Below, in pieces: positions 29,403 through 39,666 of a stretch of DNA of 64,000 nt. Numbering within the stretch: position 1 is the first letter of the stretch; every line of letters starts with the position of its first letter. Position numbers and translations under genes: made by a program. The DNA comes from Bacillota bacterium. GTDB taxonomy: Bacteria > Bacillota > Sulfobacillia > Fermentithermobacillales > Fermentithermobacillaceae. The notes beneath the pieces were generated by a model. That model saw only the letters and a list, made by a program, of their open reading frames with translations, did not search any database and had not been told where the DNA came from. The DNA is taken from positions 432,065 to 496,064 of the forward strand of contig JAXGPX010000001.1 of assembly GCA_040766745.1 (NCBI GenBank), given 5' to 3'.

Positions 29403-30703
29403 ACTGTCAATCTCCTGTTCACCATAACGATTCTCCCGCCTACAATGGTTGCATGGGCCGCCCCTGTTAGCCTCCATCCTGCAAACGGAGTATTCTTGCC
29501 TCTGGACATAAATCGCCTGGGATCAATAGAGTGTTCACATGCGGGGTCTATGATTGTGATGTCAGCCGCAGACCCTTCAGATAGGGATCCTCCTGGAACT
29601 CCCAGGATTCTCGCTGGATTCAGGCTCATGGTCTCAGCCATTTTCATCCAATCAATTAAACCCGGTAGGACAAGTTTGTCGATTACAAGTCCAACTGATG
29701 TCTCAAGGCCGCTTATGCCAAAGTCAGCATAGTCGTACTCGACCCATTTGTCGTCAATATGGTGAGGTGCATGGTCACTGGCTATGGCATCTATTGTACC
29801 GTCTGACAGGCCCAGAAGAAGGGCTTCTACATCTTCTTTGCTCCTAAGCGGTGGGTTTACTTTGGTGTTCGTATCGTAACCCGATTCAATGACCAGGTCT
29901 TCTGTGAGTACCAGGTGGTGAGGTGTAACCTCACATGTAACGTTTATTCCTTTGGCTTTTGCTAACCTTACCAGGCCGACAGAGTTCTTGGTTGAAATAT
30001 GGGCAAGGTGAAGCCGGCCTCCGGTAAGCCTGGCCATAAGAATGTCCCTGGCTATTGCAACTTCTTCAGATTCTCCGGGTACGCCTCTCAATCCTGATAT
30101 GGTTGAAACCAGCCCGTAGTTGATTTGCCCGTTTTCTGATAGGGATTCGTCCTCAGGGTGGTCGATTAGCACAGCATCAAAGGATTTCAAGTATTCCAGG
30201 GCGCAACGGAGGACTTCTGCGCTGGCTACAGGAGATCCGTCGTCGGAAAATGCAACTGCTCCTGCTGCGTTCATTTCGCCCATCTCTGCCAGTTCTTTTC
30301 CTGCCCGGTTCTTGGTGACTGCTCCAATTGGGTATACCCTTACCAAACCAGACTTTCTGGCCCTTTCTGCGATCTTGGACACTACTGAGTCATTGTCGCA
30401 TGCAGGCTCTGTATTTGGCATACACGCAACTGCAGTGAAACCGCCCATTGCTGCTGCCTGTGTACCGCTTTCTATGTCTTCTTTATATTCAAATCCAGGC
30501 TCCCGAAGGTGCACATGCATATCAATCAAGCCAGGCATGACGATTTTCCCTGTTGCATCAAGGACTGCTATGCCATTCTCAGGGGCCAGGCTTTCTGCTA
30601 TTTTCGAGACTTTCCCATCGAGTATCAGCACATCAAGTTCTTGGTCAGTATGGGTTGACGGGTCTATTACCCTTCCCCCTTTGATTAGTAGATCATTTGC
30701 CAT
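29399..30703 (-). CDS. pyrC: Dihydroorotase
   Basis: Metal motif DMHVHLREPG and the downstream SDHAPH motif. 434 aa. Confidence 0.93.
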   Translation of the reverse strand: MANDLLIKGGRVIDPSTHTDQELDVLILDGKVSKIAESLAPENGIAVLDATGKIVMPGLIDMHVHLREPGFEYKEDIESGTQAAAMGGFTAVACMPNTEPACDNDSVVSKIAERARKSGLVRVYPIGAVTKNRAGKELAEMGEMNAAGAVAFSDDGSPVASAEVLRCALEYLKSFDAVLIDHPEDESLSENGQINYGLVSTISGLRGVPGESEEVAIARDILMARLTGGRLHLAHISTKNSVGLVRLAKAKGINVTCEVTPHHLVLTEDLVIESGYDTNTKVNPPLRSKEDVEALLLGLSDGTIDAIASDHAPHHIDDKWVEYDYADFGISGLETSVGLVIDKLVLPGLIDWMKMAETMSLNPARILGVPGGSLSEGSAADITIIDPACEHSIDPRRFMSRGKNTPFAGWRLTGAAHATIVGGRIVMVNRRLTV

Positions 30704-31626
30704 TACTCTCTACCTCCCAGGATGAGATAAAGAACTGCCATTCTTATGGCTACACCGCTGGTTACCTGGTCCAATATTACTGATTTTGTTGAGTCTGCAA
30801 GATCAGTGGTTATTTCAACTCCCCGGTTCATAGGGCCCGGGTGCATGATTATGGCATCATCCTTAGCGTAAGCAAATTTTTGCCTATCAAGGCCGAAAAA
30901 GTCACGGTACTCCCGTTTTGACGGGAACAGGCTCTTGGTTTGACGTTCTAGCTGTAACCTGAGCACGTATACGACGTCTGCACCTTCTATAGCCTCTTCA
31001 GGCCTGGAGAATGCTTTGACTCCCAGAGACTCAATCTCAGGAGGGAGCAATGTTGACGGCCCTGCCACAGATACTTCCGCACCCATCTTGGTAAGGCCGA
31101 ATATGTTTGACCGGGCAACCCTTGAGTGTGCGATGTCGCCGAGTATTGCCACTTTGAGGCCTCTGATTCCTGGCTTGTAATCAAGTACAGTAAAAATGTC
31201 TAATAGCCCTTGTGTAGGGTGTTCATGCATTCCGTCTCCTGCATTTACTACAGGGACATCGAGGACTTTCGAAAGAAAGTGGCAGGAACCTGAAACGCTG
31301 TGCCTCATTATCACAAGGTCTACACCCATAACTTCCAGGTTTCTGGCTGTATCTGCAAGTGTTTCACCCTTTTTTACTGAGGAGGTAGCAGTAGAAATCG
31401 AGACTGCGTCTGCCGACATGTACCTTGCCGCAAGCTCAAATGATGTCTTGGTTCTGGTAGAATTTTCGTAAAACAATGTGCATATTACTTTTCCACGCAA
31501 GGTGGGGACTTTCTTTATTGGACGTGAGAGAATTTCTTTAAGAGAGCGGGCTGTAGACAGTACTGATTCCATGTCTTCAGGCGTCATCTCTCGTAAGGAT
31601 AGAAGGTCCTTTCCCCTAAGTGACAA
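30703..31626 (-). CDS. pyrB: Aspartate carbamoyltransferase catalytic subunit
   Basis: Motifs [13 protein letters not shown] and the HPGP region (HPGPMNRG) are present. Confidence 0.95.
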   Translation of the reverse strand: MSLRGKDLLSLREMTPEDMESVLSTARSLKEILSRPIKKVPTLRGKVICTLFYENSTRTKTSFELAARYMSADAVSISTATSSVKKGETLADTARNLEVMGVDLVIMRHSVSGSCHFLSKVLDVPVVNAGDGMHEHPTQGLLDIFTVLDYKPGIRGLKVAILGDIAHSRVARSNIFGLTKMGAEVSVAGPSTLLPPEIESLGVKAFSRPEEAIEGADVVYVLRLQLERQTKSLFPSKREYRDFFGLDRQKFAYAKDDAIIMHPGPMNRGVEITTDLADSTKSVILDQVTSGVAIRMAVLYLILGGRE

Positions 31627-31689
31627 ATCTGTGACCCTCCCACTGAATCAGAATTGGTTCTGTGTTCTATGGTTGCACCAAACAGGTGC

Positions 31690-32280
<591 letters not shown>

Positions 32281-32327
32281 TTAAAACAGTTCTAGTTAAG
32301 TATCCCCTTAGGACTAAAAATCCTAAC

Positions 32328-32425
32328 TAAAAAGAAAAATCTCCGCTGGGCTTGTTTCCCGCAGAGAGTCTTCTCATTTAGTTTCGCCTCCTTTTCGCCT
32401 CTCGGGGCCAAATTAAAGGACCGGC
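32328..32425 (-). promoter_or_regulatory. PyrR-dependent transcription attenuator (binding loop plus intrinsic terminator)
   Basis: The minus strand has GGCCCCGAGAGGCGAAAAGG (32391-32410), which resembles the PyrR binding consensus (..CCAGAGAGGC..). This is followed by a 9-bp bulged stem CTCTGCGGG/GCCCAGCGGAG (32341-32369) and ATTTTTCTTTTT. Confidence 0.55.
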
Positions 32426-32562
32426 AATATTAACTTGTCCAGCCGAATGATAATGCAAGATAAGCCAGAGCGTCAAGAGTTTCTTAGTGCTTTTTTCATG
32501 AAATGGTCGGGGAGCCCGTTTTCATGGCTCCCCGTAATATCTCTTATATAGTTAAAGGGCTG

Positions 32563-35500
32563 CTATGGCTCTACCCGTTTGACAGAGATGATTGCCTGGT
32601 GGCCGTTAATATCCCACCTGTCGCCGTCGATTTCACCAGATGCAAGATCAAGGTTGTCACAAAGGGTGTCACCCTTAATGTAATCCAAATGCCTCTTCAC
32701 AGCGCAAATGACGTCTTCGTCGCTGGAAATGGCCATGTTGATGTGGTCGGTAACGTTGAATCCAAGGTTTCTGCGCATGGTCTGAACCTTAGAGACTATC
32801 TCCCTTGCGATACCTTCCCATTCAAGATCCTGGCCTATTTCTGTATCCAAAATAACGAAGGTGTCGTTTTCGACCTCTACAGCAAACCCTTCTCTGGCTT
32901 TGATCCGAATATCAATGTCTTCTTTGTCTAGTACTACCTGCCGGCCATCAATTGTGGCCGGAAATTTGCCCTGGGTTTCAACTATTCTTGCTACCTCGGC
33001 AGCATCTGCATGGCCAAGGGCGCCTATGATTCCCCTGAGGTGTTTTCCGTATTTTGGGCCTGCTACAGGAAGATTCGGCCTTACTTCGTAGGACACATAG
33101 TCACTCATGGTGCTTACGTACTCGATTTCTTTGACATTGAGTTCTTCTTTAACCAGCTCTTCCATGCTGCCCAGTACGCCGTGGTGCTTTTCGTTAACCA
33201 TCAACTTGCGAAGCGGCTGCCTGACTTTTATCTGTACCTTGTTTCTGATGGACCTGCCAAGGGATACCAGAGTGATCACAAGGCCCATCCTCTCTTCCAG
33301 TTCAGAGTCTATTAGCGCTTCATTTACTTCAGGGTATGCTTCAAAATGAACTGATTCCAGGGCTTTTCCCCCGGTCAGGTTGAGATAGATGTCTTCTGAG
33401 ATAAAAGGAGCAAAAGGCGCCATGAGCTTAGACAACGCAAGAAGCACTTCATACAACGTAAGGTATGCCGATTTCTTATCTGTATCGAACTCATTGGACC
33501 AGAATCGTTCACGGCTCCTTCGAACATGCCAGTTGCTGACTTCATCAATAAGAAATGCCCCTATACTCCTTACAATCTTTGTGAGCTCATACTCAGGCAT
33601 GTTTTCGTTAACCTGTTTGATTAGGGTATTTAGCCTAGAGATAATCCAGCGATCGATCTCGGGCCTGTCTTTGACAGGGATATTCAATGCAGCCGGGTTC
33701 AGCTTATCTATGTTGGCATACATGACGAAAAACGAGTACACATTAATAAGAGTTCCAAAAAACCGGGAAGCCACTTCCCTTATGCCATCTTCGTCAAACC
33801 TGGTAGGAACCCAGGGGGGCGAGACAGCCAGAAGGTACCATCTTAACGTGTCAGCCCCAAACTTATCTATGAGCTGCCAGGGATCTACAGTATTCCCTTT
33901 GGATTTTGACATTTTCTGCCCGTGTTTGTCCAGGACTAAATCGTTAACCAGGACTTCCTTGTAAGCCGGTTCATCAAACAAGAATGTTGATATGGCCAAA
34001 AGTGAGTAGAACCAGCCTCTTGTTTGATCCAACCCTTCACAGATAAAATCTGCAGGGAAAAGATTCTTAAAATCCTCTTTATGCTCGAATGGGTAGTGCC
34101 ATTGGGCGTATGGCATTGAACCTGAGTCAAACCAGCAATCAATGACTTCAGGTGTTCTCTCCATGCGGCCTCCACACGAGCACTTGAGGTATATGTTGTC
34201 TACATAAGGCCTGTGAAGATCCACGGCCTTGACGTCAAGGGGCTCAATTGCATATCTTGCCAGTTCCTCCCTGGATCCTATGGACTGCAACTTGCCGCAT
34301 TTTTCGCATTTCCAGATATTAAGGGGGGTTCCCCAGTACCTGTTGCGTGAAAGTGACCAGTCTACAAGGTTCTCCAGCCAGTTGCCAAAGCGGCCTGAGC
34401 CTATATGGTCCGGAAACCATTTTATCTTCTCATTATTTGCAATCAGCCTGTCCTGGAATTTGGTTGTTTCGATATACCAGGATTTTCTGGCGTAGTACAA
34501 AAGCGGCGTATCGCACCTCCAGCAGTGAGGGTAAGAGTGAATAATCCGCTCGGTTTCAAACAGCTTGCCATCGCGCCTGAGCTTTCTTGTGATTTCCCTG
34601 TCAGCATCCTTCACGAACATTCCTGCCCAATCGCTCACAGAATCTACGAATTTGCCCTGTTCATCTACAAGGTGCAGCATGGGCAAACCGTATTCCTGGC
34701 ATACCTTGTAGTCATCTTCTCCGTATGCTGGGGCAATATGAACCAATCCTGTGCCGTTGTCGGTGGAGACATAGTCTGCACATGTTACATAGAAAGCTTT
34801 GGAATCAGGTATCACAAAAGGAAACAGCTGTTCATATTCTAGGAACTCCATTTCCTTTCCCGGAAATTCCCCTATGATTTCAGGATTTTCCCCAAAAATT
34901 GCAGCAGCCCGTTCCTTGACCACATAATATACGTCACCTTCATGCAAAATTTTGACATAGGTGTAATTGGGATTGACTGCTACACCTACGTTGGAAGGAA
35001 GTGTCCAGGGTGTGGTCGTCCATACCAAGAGGTATTCGTTATCCTTGCCCTTGGCCTTCAATTTCACATAAATTGAATCCACACTTTCTTCTTTGTATCC
35101 TTGAGCCACTTCATGGGATGCAAGGGGAGTACCGCAACGAGGGCAATAGGGCATAACCTTGTGCCCTTCGTAAATCAACCCTGCGTCAAAGAATTTCTTT
35201 AGAATCCACCACACAGTTTCTATATAGTCATTATCCAAAGTCACATATGGGTCATCCATGTCAATCCAGTAAGCTATCCGTTCAGTCAGTTTTCGCCATT
35301 CTTTCTCGTATGTGAAGACAGACTGGCGGCATTTCTTATTGAACGGTTCAATTCCGTAGTCCTCTATTTCCTGTTTAGACGATATGCCAAGCTGCTTCTC
35401 TACCTCGATCTCCACAGGAAGCCCGTGGGTATCCCACCCTGCCTTCCGCTTGACCTGGTAGCCCTGCATAGTCTTGTAGCGGCATACTGTATCTTTTAGG

Positions 35501-35694
35501 GTCCTGGCCAGAACATGGTGGATTCCAGGCCGTCCGTTGGCCGTAGGCGGACCCTCGTAAAATATGAACTGGGGCCTTCCTTCACGAATCGATACACTCC
35601 TGGCAGATATGTCGTTTGAGTTCCAGTAATCGAGGACGGCGTTTTCAGTATCGTTCACCGGCCTTTTCGGGTCCACTTCTTTGAAGTTTCCCAT
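32563..35694 (-). CDS. ileS: Isoleucine--tRNA ligase, type 2 (eukaryote-like)
   Basis: About 1040 aa, with an N-terminus typical of IleRS2 (FIFYEGPPTANGRPGIHHVLARTLKD) and KMSKS (GQKMSKSKGN). The ATG at 35694 has GGAGGT 7 nt upstream. Confidence 0.95.
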   Translation of the reverse strand: MGNFKEVDPKRPVNDTENAVLDYWNSNDISARSVSIREGRPQFIFYEGPPTANGRPGIHHVLARTLKDTVCRYKTMQGYQVKRKAGWDTHGLPVEIEVEKQLGISSKQEIEDYGIEPFNKKCRQSVFTYEKEWRKLTERIAYWIDMDDPYVTLDNDYIETVWWILKKFFDAGLIYEGHKVMPYCPRCGTPLASHEVAQGYKEESVDSIYVKLKAKGKDNEYLLVWTTTPWTLPSNVGVAVNPNYTYVKILHEGDVYYVVKERAAAIFGENPEIIGEFPGKEMEFLEYEQLFPFVIPDSKAFYVTCADYVSTDNGTGLVHIAPAYGEDDYKVCQEYGLPMLHLVDEQGKFVDSVSDWAGMFVKDADREITRKLRRDGKLFETERIIHSYPHCWRCDTPLLYYARKSWYIETTKFQDRLIANNEKIKWFPDHIGSGRFGNWLENLVDWSLSRNRYWGTPLNIWKCEKCGKLQSIGSREELARYAIEPLDVKAVDLHRPYVDNIYLKCSCGGRMERTPEVIDCWFDSGSMPYAQWHYPFEHKEDFKNLFPADFICEGLDQTRGWFYSLLAISTFLFDEPAYKEVLVNDLVLDKHGQKMSKSKGNTVDPWQLIDKFGADTLRWYLLAVSPPWVPTRFDEDGIREVASRFFGTLINVYSFFVMYANIDKLNPAALNIPVKDRPEIDRWIISRLNTLIKQVNENMPEYELTKIVRSIGAFLIDEVSNWHVRRSRERFWSNEFDTDKKSAYLTLYEVLLALSKLMAPFAPFISEDIYLNLTGGKALESVHFEAYPEVNEALIDSELEERMGLVITLVSLGRSIRNKVQIKVRQPLRKLMVNEKHHGVLGSMEELVKEELNVKEIEYVSTMSDYVSYEVRPNLPVAGPKYGKHLRGIIGALGHADAAEVARIVETQGKFPATIDGRQVVLDKEDIDIRIKAREGFAVEVENDTFVILDTEIGQDLEWEGIAREIVSKVQTMRRNLGFNVTDHINMAISSDEDVICAVKRHLDYIKGDTLCDNLDLASGEIDGDRWDINGHQAIISVKRVEP

Positions 35695-35735
35695 GGTCAT
35701 TACCTCCAAGTGTTGCTTTCATAATCATGTCCAAA

Positions 35736-36045
35736 TAAAAAATCGCCCCGAAAGGGACGACTCGTGCCGTGGTACCACCCACTTTAGCCGCAGGCCATGA
35801 AACGCTTCAAAATTCAGCGGTGGCAGACGCTGCATTTCACAGGTTCCGCATACCTCACGGCTTACTGGCGGCTCACTCTTACGCCCTGTAACGTGGGCAA
35901 AACGGGTTAGCTTACTGCGTTTTTCAGCTACCGGCTCAGGGGTGATATTCGAAAGGGCTTTGCACCGGCTTTCCACCAGACGCCGGCTCTCTGAGGCCAG
36001 TCCCCAACTACTCGTCCCCGTCACTGCCTTTGGCCAGATAAGTAT
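35736..36045 (-). promoter_or_regulatory. T-box riboswitch leader, isoleucine-specific (ATC specifier)
   Basis: Read on the minus strand. AGAGA box and GGTGGAAAG are present. The specifier-loop context is GAATATCACC, with ATC at 35944-35946. The T-box sequence is AAAGTGGGTGGTACCACGG (35766-35785). The terminator is TCGTCCC-TTTC-GGGGCGA plus TTTTTT (35736-35762). Confidence 0.88.
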
Positions 36046-36195
36046 TTTGATAATACTACTATATGTTGTACAACAAGTCGAGCTTTCAATCAAATAATGG
36101 ATGTTACCCGCACGTGCTTTGAGTTTTAATGGATTTCTATACACATGTGGCATATTGCAGAGAACAACGATTAACATATGTTCGGGGAAATAAGA

Positions 36196-36280
36196 TGGTG
36201 TCGGGAGCGGGAATCGAACCCGCACGGGATTGCCCATACGCCCCTCAAACGTACGCGTCTGCCTGTTCCGCCATCCCGAC
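36196..36280 (-). tRNA. tRNA-Leu (anticodon GAG)
   Basis: Hand-folded cloverleaf. Acceptor stem GTCGGGA/TCCCGAC, anticodon stem TACGT/GCGTA with loop TTGAGGG, a long variable arm, T-arm GCGGGTTCGATTCCCGC, and an encoded CCA. Confidence 0.9.
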
Positions 36281-36471
36281 ACACTTGGGTAAATCAGCAA
36301 GTTATACTATACCTCCACGTTCCGCAGGTGTCAACCGGTTTTGAACCGGGTCAGAGCCGCACTTTTACACTAATTGCAGTACCTCGAAGGATTCCGGGCC
36401 ATCACCGTCGAAGGAAGATGGTCAAAGAGTATCATGTGGCAGTAATAGATTCACTAATGAGGAGCAATTTT

Positions 36472-38397
36472 ATGAACTCCAGAGAGATTTTGCTAGAAAG
36501 TATATTTGACGTCCTCCGGGAAGGCGTTATTGTGGTGGAGGAAGACGGTACCATCCTTTTGGCAAATCAGCGGTCCAGGGCTCTTTTGGGGCTTGATGAA
36601 CCCAGGGGCCCGGGACACGATTCAGGAAATGCTGTACCAGGTGACATTGTGCTTTTTGCTAACAGCTCTCTTGGAGCCGATGACGGCGGAATGTCTCCAA
36701 GAGACTTGTCGCTGTTGGGCATTTCTTCACAGTCTGTAATGCCTGGAGATGCACTGGTGGCAATTGGCGTGCTCAACGGCCCTCCCGGTTCAGGGATTTA
36801 TGCCAACAGGAGCCAACCCTCACCTGAACCTCTTGTTATTGATCGTTTATGGCCTGGCAAGGACGGCAAGAGCCACAAGCTGTCTGTGCGGCTGTCCAGC
36901 GCCGACAAAAAGGCAACTTTAAGTGTAGACGGTACTAAATTTGATTTTGATTACAGAATTACCATAGCTCACATGGCAATTCTCGACCCGGAAACCCTGA
37001 ATGTAAAATTTTATCAAACCCTGGGGTATACGGCCAGGGGTGAAGAGGCAAAGAAAATCCTGATTGGTGGCAATTTTAGGGCTAAACAGCCGGGTAGAAC
37101 CGCTATGGAAGTTGTTGGTGAGAAAATCTGGAAGATATGTCCTGACGGCCTGGATGGTTCAGATGTAATACGGGTATTTTCTGGGGCAGTGTCTCATATC
37201 GGCCCTAAAGAAGGGTGTATAAATGGTATTCCGTTAAGATATGCTGTTACACCCATACGTCTTCCCGATTGGCCCCAGAAGCTTGTCTGTATTCTGCTTA
37301 CCGACCTTGTAGAGGTTAAGGAGTTAGAAGAGCGGGCAGACGGGATGCTGAACTACGCTTCTGTGTTAAGGATGAAACTGGGTAAGTCTCCTTCCCTGCA
37401 TCCGGCGTTTTCGCGAGTAGTTGGCAGGAGTCCCGCTATACGTCAGTGTGTTGCCCTTACAGAGAAAATTGCATCGGCAAGATGTAACGTTCTCCTCTTG
37501 GGCGAAAGCGGAACCGGCAAGAATCTTTTTGCACGGGCTATTCACCAAGCTTCAAACAGGTACAGGGGCCCTTTTGTGATAGTCAATTGTGCTGCAATTC
37601 CACCTTCACTAATGGAGAGCGAGCTTTTTGGGTACGCCCCCGGTTCTTTTACAGGGGCCCTCAGGACCGGTAAGAAAGGCAAATTCCAGGAAGCCAACGG
37701 CGGAACCTTGCTCCTTGACGAGATTGCTGAACTTGATTTGTCCTGTCAAGCCAAGCTGCTCCATGCCATAGAAGAGGGTACTATTCAGCCACTGGGCTCT
37801 AGTTCGGCTCACAAAGTTGACGTTCGTATCGTTGCCGCCACAAATCAGAACCTGGCTGAGTTTGTGGCCGAGGGCAGGTTTAGAGAGGATCTTTACTACA
37901 GGCTGAATGTGTTTTCCATAGAGATTCCCCCGTTGCGGGAACGGCCTGAGGATATTGCCGAGCTTGTAGAGACCTTCCTTCAGACGTTTTCTGCAATGTA
38001 CGGGAAACGATTGCGTGTCACTGAGGCTTGTTTCCGCACTCTTTTGGCATATACGTGGCCGGGCAACGTAAGAGAGTTAGAGAATGCACTAGAGCGGGCG
38101 GCAGCCTTAACAGACGACGGGGTCATCGACCTAAGGTATATGCCTCCCCATATTCAGGTTGATGATTTCTCGAGGACAGTGGAAATCCCTTCTGTTTTCC
38201 CGTTGTCTTTGGAAGAAGCAAGGAAAGACGCTGAGAGAAACGCAATGCTTCAGGCCATAAGGTACTGCAATGGCAACCACACAAAGGCAATGAAGATTCT
38301 AAAGATAGGCCGCACTACGTTCTACCAGAAACTGAAGGAGCTTAATGTAGCTCCGGACCTGCGCCTGAGTTTCGATGATCCAAAGGTTATGAGCTAA
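36472..38397 (+). CDS. Sigma-54-dependent transcriptional activator (bacterial enhancer-binding protein) with atypical N-terminal sensor region
   Basis: AAA+ core with Walker A GESGTGKN, a GAFTGA-type loop ESELFGYAPGSFTGA, an R-finger region and a C-terminal Fis-type HTH. The ATG at 36472 has GAGGAG 7 nt upstream. The longer ORF-track start would run through the tRNA-Leu gene. Confidence 0.85.
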   Translation: MNSREILLESIFDVLREGVIVVEEDGTILLANQRSRALLGLDEPRGPGHDSGNAVPGDIVLFANSSLGADDGGMSPRDLSLLGISSQSVMPGDALVAIGVLNGPPGSGIYANRSQPSPEPLVIDRLWPGKDGKSHKLSVRLSSADKKATLSVDGTKFDFDYRITIAHMAILDPETLNVKFYQTLGYTARGEEAKKILIGGNFRAKQPGRTAMEVVGEKIWKICPDGLDGSDVIRVFSGAVSHIGPKEGCINGIPLRYAVTPIRLPDWPQKLVCILLTDLVEVKELEERADGMLNYASVLRMKLGKSPSLHPAFSRVVGRSPAIRQCVALTEKIASARCNVLLLGESGTGKNLFARAIHQASNRYRGPFVIVNCAAIPPSLMESELFGYAPGSFTGALRTGKKGKFQEANGGTLLLDEIAELDLSCQAKLLHAIEEGTIQPLGSSSAHKVDVRIVAATNQNLAEFVAEGRFREDLYYRLNVFSIEIPPLRERPEDIAELVETFLQTFSAMYGKRLRVTEACFRTLLAYTWPGNVRELENALERAAALTDDGVIDLRYMPPHIQVDDFSRTVEIPSVFPLSLEEARKDAERNAMLQAIRYCNGNHTKAMKILKIGRTTFYQKLKELNVAPDLRLSFDDPKVMS

Positions 38398-38406
38398 AAA
38401 CCGGGC

Positions 38407-38613
38407 CTATTCTTGCTTACGGCTGACATAGGACGCAACGGCAGAGAAGACAGCAAGAATCGTCAGAGTATTAGCAACGTTTCTGTTGAAAACTCCCGAC
38501 CGCCCGAGATAACTTGAGATAAGGGCCAGCAAGGCAAGGGCAGGCCCTACCCAGGGTTTTAGAAAGAAATCCATAAACAGTCTGCCCCCTTTCGTTGATA
38601 CATTCTTCGCCAT
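38407..38613 (-). CDS. Hypothetical small two-TM membrane protein (68 aa)
   Basis: The ORF has two hydrophobic segments and lies upstream of the patatin gene on the same strand. No family recognised. Confidence 0.4.
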   Translation of the reverse strand: MAKNVSTKGGRLFMDFFLKPWVGPALALLALISSYLGRSGVFNRNVANTLTILAVFSAVASYVSRKQE

Positions 38614-38651
38614 GTGTCCACTAAATTCTCTCTTCGGCAGATGTTTACCTG

Positions 38652-39566
38652 CTAACTGATGAGCTCAAGCCAGCGGCCGATGTTTCTCTTTGCACATGCC
38701 CTGCCTGACTCGATGAGCTGCTTGAAATCAGCCGGTGTAGGAAAACCGATATCCCATACTTCAGGCTGCAGAGTAAGCGATGCGTGTTCTCTCAGATGTG
38801 CTACTGTAGTACCCCGTGAAGCCAGGTTGAAGCTCCTGGTAAGTATCGAAAATATTCCCCTGGCGTGTTGGGGCCTATCTATATAGGAGCCGAGATCCAC
38901 AGCGAGCACTTCTCCGGCTCCCATCCTCCTAACCTCGTACGCAGGTACCATCTCCCTGACTCCTCCGTCAACCAGCTCCATGCTACCAAGAGTCTTCGGT
39001 GCAAATACACCTGGCAAGGAGGAACTGGCTCGAACAGCAGTGGAAAGGGAAGCATTGGCTACATACCGCCTTTCCCTATTGAGCACGGTTTTCATGGGCT
39101 GATCCGTATTGGTAAATACCACAATATCCCCTGATATCAGGTCGCACGAAACGATAGATAGCGGGATCGTGACGTCTGAAAGCCTCTTGCCACCTGTAAG
39201 CTTATCTATTGCTGATTCCAGCCAATTACCGTTGAGGAATCCTGAAAGGCCCATTGCAGAGGCCGGGCCTGTTACCGAACTGCCTGCGCCCATAAGAGAT
39301 GCCAGGGTTTGCAGCGCACCTTCATGATCAATAAGCAGCTCACTAACCGTAGCGTCAAAGTCACCGGGTGTTTTTGAGGACGCCCATAGGCTTGCCACGA
39401 TTGCCCCGGCGCTTGTTCCTGCAACAAAGCCAGGCCTTAGTCCATGGGATTCAAGAACTTCAAGGACCCCAATATGGGCAAATCCGTAGATTCCTCCTGC
39501 ACCAAGAGCAAGACCCCAAGTTTTCACTTCTGAACCACCCCATACTAAAACTATGTTTAATTCCAT
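38652..39566 (-). CDS. Patatin-like phospholipase
   Basis: Oxyanion glycine-rich motif GLALGAGGIYG, nucleophile elbow GTSAG and catalytic Asp in LVDGGV. Confidence 0.85.
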   Translation of the reverse strand: MELNIVLVWGGSEVKTWGLALGAGGIYGFAHIGVLEVLESHGLRPGFVAGTSAGAIVASLWASSKTPGDFDATVSELLIDHEGALQTLASLMGAGSSVTGPASAMGLSGFLNGNWLESAIDKLTGGKRLSDVTIPLSIVSCDLISGDIVVFTNTDQPMKTVLNRERRYVANASLSTAVRASSSLPGVFAPKTLGSMELVDGGVREMVPAYEVRRMGAGEVLAVDLGSYIDRPQHARGIFSILTRSFNLASRGTTVAHLREHASLTLQPEVWDIGFPTPADFKQLIESGRACAKRNIGRWLELIS

Positions 39567-39666
39567 TCAGGTGCTATGGAGTTTGAACAAGTGATTGGAT
39601 CATGGAGGAAAAGAGCGGTATACGGCAAAATATACATTATCTGTTGACAGCAAAGGAGAATGGATT

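Noticed and set aside
29403-29477. Apparent 79-nt overlap of pyrK with pyrC.
   Set aside because: This is an artefact of the longest-ORF call. The ATG at 29402 gives the usual ATGA coupling and a normal PyrK N-terminus.
36178-36471. N-terminal extension of the sigma-54 activator ORF (ORF track start at 36178), and the antisense 191-aa ORF at 35725-36300.
   Set aside because: Both run through the tRNA-Leu(GAG) gene and the T-box leader. The activator has a well-placed SD and ATG at 36472. The extensions are open frames over structured RNA genes.
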